A stretch of DNA of 63,136 nucleotides, counting the filler, from Dimargaris cristalligena (taxonomy: Eukaryota), in the NCBI GenBank assembly GCA_003614675.1. It is 27 parts of 27 records of this genome, joined end to end, with 100 filler letters (N's around TTAATTAATTAA, not from the genome) between each part and the next. Parts side by side here need not be neighbours in the genome. Positions count along the whole stretch, not along the records: positions 37,755 to 39,994 come from ML004291.1; positions 40,095 to 42,328 come from ML004292.1; positions 42,429 to 44,660 come from ML004293.1; positions 44,761 to 46,989 come from ML004294.1; positions 47,090 to 49,318 come from ML004295.1; positions 49,419 to 51,646 come from ML004296.1; 21 more parts are not named here. The stretch is one strand, 5' to 3'. The notes below the pieces were generated by a model. The model saw nothing but the letters and a program-made list of their open reading frames with translations. It did no database searches and was not told where the DNA came from. Below, piece after piece: positions 39,364-50,650 of this stretch (positions are counted from its first letter, which is position 1; every line of letters begins with the position of its first letter). The position numbers were made by a program, and so were the translations under genes.

Positions 39364-39783
39364 GCCAACTTCTCCCGGAAAATCACGGACAGTCAGAAAC
39401 GGCAAATCCGCTGGGTAAGCTGGCTCGCAGGCAGAGAGGGCAGACAGAAAATCGCCCGAGACACGACACCGCGCGAGGCTGGAATGGCAACGCCACTGCT
39501 CGTGAGCGCGCGCACGTTGGCGTGAGGCTGTGACAGCCGCAGCGCGCAACGTTGCACGCGCATACGGAGATGATGGAAGGCGGCGCGAATATTCGCGCCC
39601 GCTTTGGCTGAAAAGGCGAGTGCCATGGTTCATTCCTCTGTTGGGAAACTGGGGCTTTTGCGGTAACGCGCGCTTCGGTGGTGCAAACACCTTGGCGAGC
39701 GATTCGTTCAGATGACTATGGGCCGTTTTTCATGGGCGTGATCTGTTGAGCAGAAGGGTTCTTTTCAGGAAGACGTTTGCGCT

Positions 39784-39994
39784 TTAACCCACGACATTGC
39801 CGGTCGTGAACGTAAAGTTACGCGAGAACGCCGTGCCGTTGACGGTGCCGGTCAGAGTGACCGAATACTGCGTATTCGGCAGCAGCGGCGACGTCGGGTA
39901 GGCGACGGCCTGATATGCACCAAGAGCTTTGTTCGGGTCAGTTGTCGAATTCAGGATCTGAAGTGCAACGCTGCCTGACGGGCCAGTAATAGAG
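39784..39994 (-). CDS. C-terminus of a bacterial Ig-like domain protein (5' truncated)
   Basis: Hand translation gives ...PLLPNTQYSVTLTGTVNGTAFSRNFTFTTGNVVG*, resembling Big_5-type C-termini. Confidence 0.6.
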
Positions 39995-40720
39995 NNNNNN
40001 NNNNNNNNNNNNNNNNNNNNNNNNNNNNNNNNNNNNNNTTAATTAATTAANNNNNNNNNNNNNNNNNNNNNNNNNNNNNNNNNNNNNNNNNNNNGTACCT
40101 ACCGTTCTCTAGCTGCTTTCTTCCCTTACTTCCAGTTTTATTTCCTTTAAGTCCTTAGTATTCTAACAGAAATATCACCTATTCGGTAGCCGGGGAAACA
40201 GTGAGGAAAGGGAAAATTAATAAAGGAGGGTGGGATAAAGCACATCTCGAGCCTGAACCCTTGCACTGTGATTCTAATTCGACTAATTTGAATTTGCTAA
40301 TGAAGGAAAACACAGCAGCAAAAATTGTAGATATCGCCTGTAGCAATGGCCAGCCACTTTGTTATTGAACTCCTATGGGCTCAATGGGGGAATTAGGAGT
40401 GCGTAGTGGCAGCTATGGGTATGGGGGTAGTTAGGGAAAGTAACTTCCCGGAAATAGGAGGTGTCAAGGGCAGTTAATTTTGATGACCGCTGGCGAGTGT
40501 AAACCCATTTTTGTCCAGCTGGCTGTTACACCAGTTGCTGTATTGGCTGAGGGGTCCATTCCACTGCCTTGATTATCTGAAAAATTTGGCCAGGACCCCT
40601 TTGCTATTGATGACCTGAAAATAATCCCTGTGAATAGGCAATGCACCAAACTATACACTGTAGCTCGGTAAGGGTGTATAACAGCTGCATCTTGTAGGGC
40701 AATTGCATTGAGAAGGGCCC

Positions 40721-41307
40721 TGTCACCTGGGTTATCTACTCTTAGTCTGTCAAGAGTCCCAGGGGTAGGCTTCTAATGGTAGGTGGGGCTTAGGCTTGGC
40801 CAAGTAGGCTACTAGTGTTAGGTATAGGCACAGTACTAACCAATAAAGGCTAAAGTGATTAGATTGATGCAAGGGATGTGCAGTGGGCACACTTACTGGT
40901 CAGTATAAGGGGATGAGCATATATAATGTTTATTGGGGTAAACTATGGGGGTATGAATAAGCTGAGGAATCTAACTGGTCCCAAGGGGGGGTAGTTATAT
41001 ATATGCAGGGGGGGTGACTATCAAAAGGAAATCCCTGGAGGAAGATACTATGAAGACCATGGATAAGGAGAGGTAGCTGACCAGACAGGTGTCAGGACAT
41101 GGAAGACTCTGCTGGGAACCAGAAGAGTCATTAGATCAGCCCGGGGGTGATTAGTGTAAATCCAGAGTCCAGAAAGAGAATGGTTATATAATATAGGATA
41201 ATCCCATAGTACTGGAGGTGACTATAGGAAGGTTAATATGGTGCTATAAGGCCTAATAAGGGGGGACGATCATTATGTCAAGATTAAGTCAGATTAGAAG
41301 GCTGACA
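40721..41307 (-). mobile_element. LTR family A, full length
   Basis: TGTCA...TGACA termini, no TSD. Confidence 0.88.
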
Positions 41308-41640
41308 GTAGTCTACAGGCTACTGTAAGCCTGGCAGGCCTTGAAGCAATAACCAAAGTAATAATACAAATTAGTGATAATTGGCTTAATAATGTAATTG
41401 ATAGTCCTAGGCTAATAATAACCTAAACAGGGAATAGTAATAATATTAGTGACCCCATAAACCAGTCCCAGTGAATTTTACAATATCTCCAAATAGAAAT
41501 AGATTTGTGTCGTGGTTAAATTGACTTCACTGGTAGACTGGCTATATACTCAAATAATTAATTAAGGATTCAACTATGGTACAGGCTTGAATAATGTGAT
41601 TTCTAAGATAATAGTCTGTGGCCCAGTTCTATAGATATAA
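41308..41640. repeat. Repeat family B copy
   Basis: Reverse complement of about 10790-11133. Confidence 0.75.
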
Positions 41641-42428
41641 TATGTTGTGGTTATACTTAATACCACCAGATAATATAGCCTGATAACCTTATCAGGGCCA
41701 GCTAGAGCAGTGACAGTCCAGGGGTAAAACTAGCTAACTATATGAAACACACACTCGGTGGGGACGATTCTGATCTGATCTTCAGACAAGGACAACTAAG
41801 CAACCGGGTATCACTCAGGGATCCTTCTAGTACGCAGCAGAAAGGCACAATGAATGGGCTTGGGCCAAATAATGACGTGGATAGAACAAGACTGGGGATC
41901 AAAATAAAACTTGATGATAAACTATTCTGGTGCAAAAACTACTTGTCCTTATTTAAGAGAATACCCAACGGGTATTTATATAAAATGGAACATAGCGACT
42001 TACTGGTGCTATGATGGTACTAGATAATATAATAAAGAAGGCCGCCAATGTTGGTGGCTTTGGAGGTGCAAAGGCTGGGGATATGCCCCAGACTTCTATA
42101 ACTAAAACATCCTTGAACTACGAATAATACTATGAATATTGAATATTGAATAATGGAAAGGTGGCCTAAGCCACCGAATGGCCTATAAATGGATAAGAAA
42201 AGATGAAGACTGACCTTCAGCGATGTTCTTCATATTTTCTAAACTAAAAATAGTTTGGCCGGGATATACTACCAAAGATTAAGTAGGCCCAGCCACGACA
42301 ACCAACTATTATGTTTAAAACGTAGTTANNNNNNNNNNNNNNNNNNNNNNNNNNNNNNNNNNNNNNNNNNNNTTAATTAATTAANNNNNNNNNNNNNNNN
42401 NNNNNNNNNNNNNNNNNNNNNNNNNNNN

Positions 42429-44660
42429 CAGTTCCTTAGCTTATTTCTTACCCCCATAGTTTCCCTCAATAAACTTCTTATATGCTCACCCATTGTATTA
42501 GCCAGTAAGTGTGCCCACTGCATGTCCCTTACATTAGCCTGCACTCATCCTTTATTAGTTAGTACTAATCCCTCCCTAATGCTAGTAGCCTGCTTGGCCA
42601 AGTCTAAGCCCCACCTACCATTAGAAGCCTATACTCAGAACTCTTGATGGACTAAGAGTAGTTAACCCAGGCAACACTGGTGGAGGACCACATTGAACGG
42701 TCTCTCAAAGGAAAGCCTCTGTACCCCTATCATCTGTAGACCCACCTGCACCTTACAAAGGACTGTAAGGCACCATGGAAGGAACAGACCCCCACCTGTA
42801 AAGGACCACAGATGACCAAGCCATCACACCACAAAGGACCATGGAGACACAACCTGAAGATGCTCAACTATAAAGGACCATAGAAGCACAACCCCCAACA
42901 ACACCAGTCCCATTAGTGGATGAGTTAAGAACCACCAGAGCACAATAATACATCAATCAACCTGTGCCAACCTATGGAGTATGCCTTTTACAAAGCTATA
43001 TATGAAACCTCCCAGCATTGAGCTCGAGAGAAGAATAAGCCCAAGCAGAAAGAGTTCTAATCAGTAAATTCCGACTGCACTCAGACCCTAGAGATATCAC
43101 CCCCCCCCCAACAACCCTCCCCGGAAGGCACCCCTCTAAGTCAAACAGTGAGATCCACCAGCTCTCTGTATGAAAGAGTGATGGAACACCTCCAACTTCA
43201 TAATAAACAACAGAACCAGAGTTCAGCCCTAAACACTTGCACACTGGGGCCCAATTATTGACTACCCCAGACAATCACAGATGGAGATACCCTGATTACT
43301 AGTCACACCCAATAAGGTGCCTAAGTAACTACTACTGCCAATAATGACCCTACCCCCACTAGCTCGGAGGCCTGAGCCAGTCAAAGTAGGGAGGAGACTG
43401 CCCCAGTAGAACAACTGATATGCTGTACCAGAGTACACCCTAAAGTTAGTGAATCAACACCCATCTCCGTCAACCTGGACAATATACCCAACCTCCCCCA
43501 CTATGAAGAGTGGTACCAAGTGGCCCTGCCATGCATTGAAATTAGTGACTCCCTGGCCACAACCATGTCATAAACTCTGAACCCAGGTCCAGTGAGCAGG
43601 ACACCCTAAGCCACCCCTACAAGCAACCCCAATTGATACCAAGAAATCTTGACATTACTATGGGAACAGTGCACCCACTAGTCCCAGACTCAGGAATGAC
43701 TCACTAACAGCCTCCTTGCAATCACTGACTGGGTACAAGGGATGGAAGAACAGTAAGCCACCTTACAGTGACAAGAAAACTCCACCCAAGAAACCCTGAG
43801 CTGTATTGAGGCAACCTTGGCTGGTCATTTGAATGGGACCCTGGACACAACACAGATCCTTCCTGATACTCCTGTACTGACATGGATCACCTTTGGAGGT
43901 TTATTGTAGAGCAGTTACCAAAACACCCAGTTTCAGGTCCTGTCCTTCAACAAGATGCAGTACTTTGACATGCTAGGAACACCCCATCTGAATAACATTT
44001 TGTCCAGAGCCAACCTTGCCCCTCCCCATCCCATAGGAACCAGCCTGATAAGCAGCCAGAATGAATGGCCCACTAACAGTACCTCCATGCACCCCAGATA
44101 CATAGCCTGTTCCTTAAGTTGCCTCTGAGAAAAGGACACCACCAGCATCATGGCATAGCTTACCCAGGTTGACTATGTCACACTAGCTGGAGGATGGATG
44201 GACACTGATACCATGGCCCATGCCATTGCCTCCACCTCACTAGAACTCCAGGAATGTCATCACTTATATAAGGACCAATGCACCACTTAGCCCAACTTCA
44301 AAAGAGAACTCATTCATGACCTGATGGGAGGCAACCAGTATGCTGACTGCAAATAGAAGTTGGAGAAACTGACTTGGGACCTAAAAACTGAGTACCTACA
44401 CCATTACATCCAGGTACTCATGCTTGGCCAGCATGGTGGGATCAACCAGACTGAGATCCACCACCATCTCCTCTGCATCCTCAAAGAGTCCTGGTATAAG
44501 GATCTCTTCTACATGGAATACAAGGAGTGGTGAGACCTGTATAGTGTGATCCTGTAAAGAACTGAACTCAAATCCTTGAAAACTGAACTTTATTCAAAAA
44601 GATAGGTGATAAAAAGGGAAAGGTGATGATAGACTTGCTGTTCCAAGAGGTGGCAGCAAG
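42429..44660 (+). mobile_element. 5' end of the family A LTR retrotransposon: LTR (42429-42676), PBS (42678-42688), degenerate gag-like region
   Basis: LTR ends GGCAACA, then C-TGGTGGAGGAC. Downstream sequence is C/A-rich, stop-riddled and CpG-depleted. Confidence 0.8.
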
Positions 44661-45294
44661 NNNNNNNNNNNNNNNNNNNNNNNNNNNNNNNNNNNNNNNN
44701 NNNNTTAATTAATTAANNNNNNNNNNNNNNNNNNNNNNNNNNNNNNNNNNNNNNNNNNNNAGATCTGAGTTGGGCCATTTATCGATCCGATCGTCTATGG
44801 AGGTCCAAAAATGGCCTAAAATAAGACCCATTTCATGTTCAATTAGCCCAATTGAAATAAGGACCCCTGGGCCATTTCTGGAGCATAGTTGAGGTCGAGG
44901 TGCGTTAGTCGAGGGTGAGGGAGTGAAGGTGGGTGTTAGCGGAGGGGTTTAAAGGAGGTGGCGCTGAGGCCGTCACCCCGTAGATCGAGGGTAGTCGATC
45001 GGAGGGGTGTAAGGTTCGCAGGTTCAAGGCCAGGAACGTCCCCCGCAGCGTGCGACCGGAACGACCTTGTGCATGTGACCTGTCCTGGGACTACGGATTC
45101 GAGGGAGGGTGTTAGCGCAGTCGATCTCCTCAAGGGGACCCTTCAGGGGATGGGAGATCGATGGAGCGTGGCCGACCGACCTTGTGCAGGAGTTGCAGAT
45201 TGGTGTTGAACTGTTGCATGTTAACTTGAGTCAGCTGGATCGGTGGGTAGTGAGGGTGTCCTTCATGGGGATCGTCGTGGGCTTCCTGGTGGCG

Positions 45295-46967
45295 GAGCCG
45301 CCTGTGGCCGTCTCAGGTTGAACCTATAAATCAGTGCTGCACGGTTGATGACGCACAAGTCGCTCCGCTTACCTATTGGTTATGCATGGAGCCAGCTGTG
45401 GCTGTCTCGGGTAGTGTATCAATACTGGTTTACTATTGAGACGGCCACAGGCGGCTCCTTTTATGATGATCCTGTTAATCACTGGTGAGGGTGTAGTTCA
45501 TTTAAATCGGGGTTGCACGGTTGATTATGAATCGAGGTCGCTTCGCTTAACATGATGACAACGATGGAGCCAGCTGTGGCTGTCTCAGGTAGCAACTTGT
45601 TAACAATTCATGCTGCACTGTTGATCGCGATGGTGACTGATCTTGATGAAGTCGTTAAATTGAGCCGCCTGTGGCCGTCTCACTGAATTATTAATTAGGG
45701 TTGCACCGTTGAATGGAGATTCGTGATCGTTGTACTGGATGAGACAGCCACAGCTGGCTCTTTGTAGGAGACCACTTAGTAACCCTTGCTGCACGTTGAG
45801 ACAGCCACAGCTGGCTCCTTTTAGATGAGTCATTTAGAGCGGTGCTGCATCGTTAAGCATGAACGAGGTCGCTTCGCTTACTGTTGATCCTACGTTGAGC
45901 CACCTCGTGGGTGTCTCGGGTGGGTTACTAATTGATGCTGCAGGTTGATGATGAACGATGTCGCTTATCAACCGATGCAGGGAGCCGCTGCATGTTGAAC
46001 TTACAGATCATGGCTGCACCGGACTCCCTTTCGTCGAGACAGCCACGGCTGGCTCCTTTGGTTGTATACTCACTTATGACAGGTCTTGGCTGCACGGTGG
46101 CCTCTCATTTAGAGGGTCCTCATCGGGAAGTCTTCCATCTAAAAGTGATCATCATCAGGTGAGGTCTTCCATTTAGAGGGTGGCACTCCTTTGGAGTGGA
46201 GCCGCCTGTGGCCGTCTCGGATCATTGGTTTTAGGTGACTTTCCTGTGGAACTCCTGATTAGGGTGATTCTCCTGCGGAATGACTTATTAGATGATTCAT
46301 AATTCATGCTGCACGGTTGCTTACCGGATGACTCCTTCGGAGTGGTTGATTAACAGTGGGTTATCCTGTGGAACCCTTTATCGGGTGGTTCTCCTGCGGA
46401 AGTGGAGCCACCTTGTGGGTGTCTCACCTTGATCCGGTTAATCCTTATCGTTGAGACAGCCACAGCTGGCTCCTTTTGCTAACAGGTCGCTTACTTAACA
46501 CCACTGGATAGCACCACCTCGTGGGTGTATCAGGTGGCGCTTAAGATTAAGGCTGCAGGTTGAGCATGAATCGGGTAGAGCCGCCTGTGGCCGTCTCGGA
46601 TAGTAACTTTGATCCATTCGGATTCACTCGGTTTAATCCTGTACTGATTAATGCTAGTATGGCTCACTTTACGTCACGGTTGCATCTACTACTAAGCTCT
46701 TCGAGGTCGCTTACCATCGTTATCACAAGGAGCCAGCTGTGGCTGTCTCGGGTGGTTATAATTCATGTTGCACCGCTTGAGACAGCCACAGCTGGCTCCC
46801 TTGCTGTTTAATCCTGCTGATTATGGAGTTCATCTTTATGATTGAGCCGGCTGTGGCCGGCTCAGGTCACCTACCAATTAGTGCTGCACCGGTCTTCAAC
46901 ACAGCTTATGATGCACGAGTCGCTTCGCTTACCATCATCACTGAATGGAGCCAGCTGTGGCTGTCTC
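45295..46967. repeat. Mosaic array of about 18 short imperfect palindromes (GAGCCAGCTGTGGCTGTCTC and variants) in both orientations, with two accessory motifs
   Basis: Forward copies at 45295, 45389, 45567, 45662, 45897, 46199, 46405, about 46510, 46578, 46730, 46844, 46948. Reverse copies at 45438, 45741, 45798, 46036, 46453, 46779. Confidence 0.95.
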
Positions 46968-48889
46968 GGCTAACTTCTAGACTACGGTTNNNNNNNNNNN
47001 NNNNNNNNNNNNNNNNNNNNNNNNNNNNNNNNNTTAATTAATTAANNNNNNNNNNNNNNNNNNNNNNNNNNNNNNNNNNNNNNNNNNNNATAGTATCTCC
47101 AACAGTATCGATAAACAAGGTTACTATTCTTTCTAAGGCCGGTACTTCTTTTGGGGGTTGCTGCCTACCTTAGTCTCACCTGCTCTTACTAAAAATGGGA
47201 GGGTTGTTTTTGGTCTCTTACAAGGCAGCACAATTCCTATTATAGCTCCCGCAGCTTCACTTTCTTTCTCGAATATAGCCACCCAATTGGTGGTATTATA
47301 ATTATAACAACACTATAGGTGGTGTGTAACCTAATGACCAGTCATTGATGGCCAAAACGTAAACGGCCTTTAAGCCCGATTTAATTAAAACAGCCAAATG
47401 AGTGGGGTAATCCATGTAGCGTTCACTAGCGCCCGGATATTCAACCGAAACGCCGTATTACTCTGATGGGGAGAGGAGTTGGTTGCCCAGTGCCACTCGT
47501 GATACATTGGTTTTATAGATTCGCCACCTACTTCACCCAAAACCCGCCCTAACTAGATGCCGGATACACAATTTGAAGGTGACGGGGCCCAAATGCCAGA
47601 ATATAGGGAGTGCGTCAAAGGGGACGGACAAGGGCGAGCTAATGGAAATAGGAATCGGGGTTGGATAGAGAATGAATCCCCCCTTCCTCTCTCTTCCTCT
47701 CTCTCTTTTTTTTTACCCCCGAGCCATTTCCCTACCATATACGTCTTCATTTGGGCCTTTGAGAATTCTGAGGTCCCTGACTCTGGCACCAAAGGAGCAT
47801 GGGACCCCGATAGGAGAAATGTAGTTCGCTCACTGTAGGGAAAATATATGAGGACATAGAAAAGTTGGTGTATTAAGCTCTACACTTTAAATGTAGGTAG
47901 GGGTGGGTTGGCCGGGGTCCCCATCCATCATTTACCACTACTTCCAAAAGGTAGGACATGGTAGACAATGCTATTTTAACTAGGGAATAGGCATGGCTTT
48001 TGACCAAACCTTGTCGTATCACCATTAGAGGTTCCGCATGAACCTACTGCTTAAAACAAAGAACGGCATTTCTCCGTTGGTGGTGTAGGGTATAAAAGAA
48101 TATCTATTCAAATTGGATACTGCTACAAACATCGGGGTGAATTGCATAAAGTTGGTTGGCCGCGTACTTTAACCGAATGAGAAGCAGCAAAATATATAAG
48201 CGCCCTTTACCTGAAGATTTTACTTTTCTTTCTAACCAAATATCCACGCCGCTCATAAGCGCATTTTTTTAGCGAATAGTGAAGTCAGCAGGGGACACTC
48301 TGAGTGGTTAATATGGGAGGACAAGACTAACTAAATGAATTAATATGGTTGGTCAGAAACAGGAGAGCAAAATAGCCTGACTAGGATAATGCTCCCGTTC
48401 GACCTGATGCTAGTGTGTCTAAGGGGGTAGAGTTTTAGAGAGTGAAGTTACACAGGCTGCAACTGCCGGACTAGTATGATCAGACAGAAGCAAAGGGAAT
48501 GGCTGTTGCAGATATACTAAATGAATCCCGATCCAAAATAAAAGCCGCAGTGGTTAGGTGAGTAGTAGTGATAAACAACAGGTGGAGCCCCAAGTGAGGT
48601 GGTCCATGAATTTGGGGGCTTATTTTGGCACACTACTCTGTATGGTCCAGCCCAACTGTGCAGGCCAGTGTAGCATTGGTGGCCCAATTTTTATCAGAGA
48701 GTCTAGAAATGATTAGAAAAAGGGACAGTGTAGGTGACCAGAGAATATGGCTTCAATTTATAAGTATATCAGGGACAATTTACCAATAACGAGCTCCAAT
48801 TCCCTAACCTATTTACTTATTTTTACACTCTACAATACTTTGCCCTTTTAACTAACGGGCCCTAGTCATCTTATCCCCTATGTACCAAG

Positions 48890-49144
48890 ATGAACCTACT
48901 CGTTTTCTCTATCCTGGGACTTACGGCGACTCTAATGTTGGCCACCCGAGCCACTAATAGCCTCAATAGGTCCGAGCCGATTGGAAATGCTGATATGGAA
49001 GGCGGCCACTTGCCATCCGAACTTCGCTCCCAGACATCCTCGTATATTAGCTATGAGAGTGACCAGAACCTGCTGGCCTCAGCCAAGGAAGGAAATGACA
49101 CAGGCAACTATGCTCAGGATACTGCAGCAGTTGAGGTAGGCTAA
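48890..49144 (+). CDS. First exon of a putative secreted protein
   Basis: MNLLVFSILGLTATLMLA signal-like N-terminus, upstream TATAA, possible GTAGGC donor near 49136. Confidence 0.55.
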   Translation: MNLLVFSILGLTATLMLATRATNSLNRSEPIGNADMEGGHLPSELRSQTSSYISYESDQNLLASAKEGNDTGNYAQDTAAVEVG

Positions 49145-49474
49145 ATGAGTTATTGGTAGAGTGGATTTATAGGCATTGGCTAAACTGAGGCAACTAAATA
49201 ATTACTTACCTTAACCACCATGGTAAAAAAAATAGTGCTCCACAAACCTAGTTGTTAGAGACATCACACTATCAACCATTAAATGGTGTCTATACTGATT
49301 ATTTGGTAGCATTCCTGANNNNNNNNNNNNNNNNNNNNNNNNNNNNNNNNNNNNNNNNNNNNTTAATTAATTAANNNNNNNNNNNNNNNNNNNNNNNNNN
49401 NNNNNNNNNNNNNNNNNNATCCCCTCCCATTGTTCCATTCACATTTTCCTCAACCATGTCCGAGGCACGTAACA

Positions 49475-49933
49475 CTAACCCTCTAACCCTAACTAACCCT
49501 CACTAACCCTCTAACCCTATCTAACTAACCCTAACCCTAACTAACCCTCTAACCCTCTAACCCTCTAACCCTCTAACCCTCTAACTAACTCTAACCCTAA
49601 CTAACCCTAACTAACCCTCTAACCCTCTAACTAACCCTAACTAAAACCCTCTAACCCTCACTAACCCTCTAACCCTCTAACCCTAACCCTAACTAACCCT
49701 CACTAACCCTCTAACCCTAACCCTCTAACCCTCTAACCCTAACTAACCCTAACTAACCCTCTAACTAACCCTCTAACCCTCACTAAACCCTCACTAACCC
49801 TCTAACCTAACCCTAACTAACCCTCTAACCCTCTAACCCTAACCCTAACTAACCCTAACCCTAACCCTAACCCTAACCCTCTAATCTAACCCTCTAAACC
49901 TAACTAACCCTCACTAACCCTCACTAACTCTAA
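49475..49933 (+). repeat. Irregular telomere-type repeat tract (C-rich strand)
   Basis: About 460 bp of mixed CTAACC, CTAACCCT, CTAA and CTCA units (G-strand TTAGGG, TTAGAGGG, TTAGTTAGGG, TTAGTGAGGG), followed by A10. Confidence 0.88.
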
Positions 49934-50077
49934 AAAAAAAAGTACAATGCCAGGACCTATCTAATAAACAACATTAATCCCTAGGCTAATGAAACTATAT
50001 CACGACCCCCAAACCCTTACCAAAGCTGCCTATTACCACACTAACTAATAACCTCAGTACTCTTAAGTTACTTTTAG

Positions 50078-50650
50078 GTGAGGGGCTCCCTGCTCCGGTC
50101 AGCCATGTCACATAGAGTACTTAATAGACTACCTGCTCTGCCAAATCCCCACTTGCAGATGCAGGAGTACCTCTATACCCAGATAGACTCAGGTATTCTT
50201 AGCCAGCGGATTCACAAGATGGCCCGTGTTCAAAGGAAATGGTCTTCTCCTAATATTCCCATGGACAAGTGCCTTACTCTTCCATCTAGTGAGCTCCGTA
50301 AGCAAGCTATTCAAGTGAGGTGTGGCTCTCTTTGGCTAAAGTATTACTGTACCAGGTGTGGTATGGGCTATCGGCACTCCCATATTACTAGGTGTAAGCT
50401 CTTTGACCCAGGGCCCTGGACTATCTATTTCCAAGAGGACAAGGCTACCTTTGCTAAGGATGATAGGTATTACTCTCCATTGGATGCAGCACTTAATCAT
50501 CAGCAATATGGCCACTTAAATACTCTTATTCAGCAAGTCTTTGGTAAAATTTCTACACTTCCACCATCTCTACTCTCCTTTCCCTTATATATATTCTTTA
50601 TACATAGGGTGTTACTTGCTTCCCTCTTATTACTTATATTCCCTCATTAA
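50078..50650 (+). mobile_element. Probable LINE ORF2 C-terminal fragment with zinc knuckle
   Basis: CTRC-x7-H-x3-C motif followed by 'SPLDAALNHQQY'. CpG-depleted. Confidence 0.55.

Noticed and set aside
38152-39715. Long plus-strand ORFs (e.g. 38806-39525, 38393-38887)
   Set aside because: Antisense shadows of ssb and its neighbours in high-GC DNA.
35414-42328. Bacterial genes integrated among fungal sequence (HGT island)
   Set aside because: The bacterial segment is a separate contig bounded by linkers, with no physical junction to fungal DNA.
45295-46967. CRISPR array
   Set aside because: Repeats occur in both orientations, spacing is irregular, spacers contain their own recurring motifs, and no cas gene is present.
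44936-47041. Short ORFs within the hairpin array as a repeat protein
   Set aside because: Recurrent peptides (EPPVAVS, SQLWLS, ETATAGS) are just the DNA motif read in different frames and strands; all frames are interrupted by stops.
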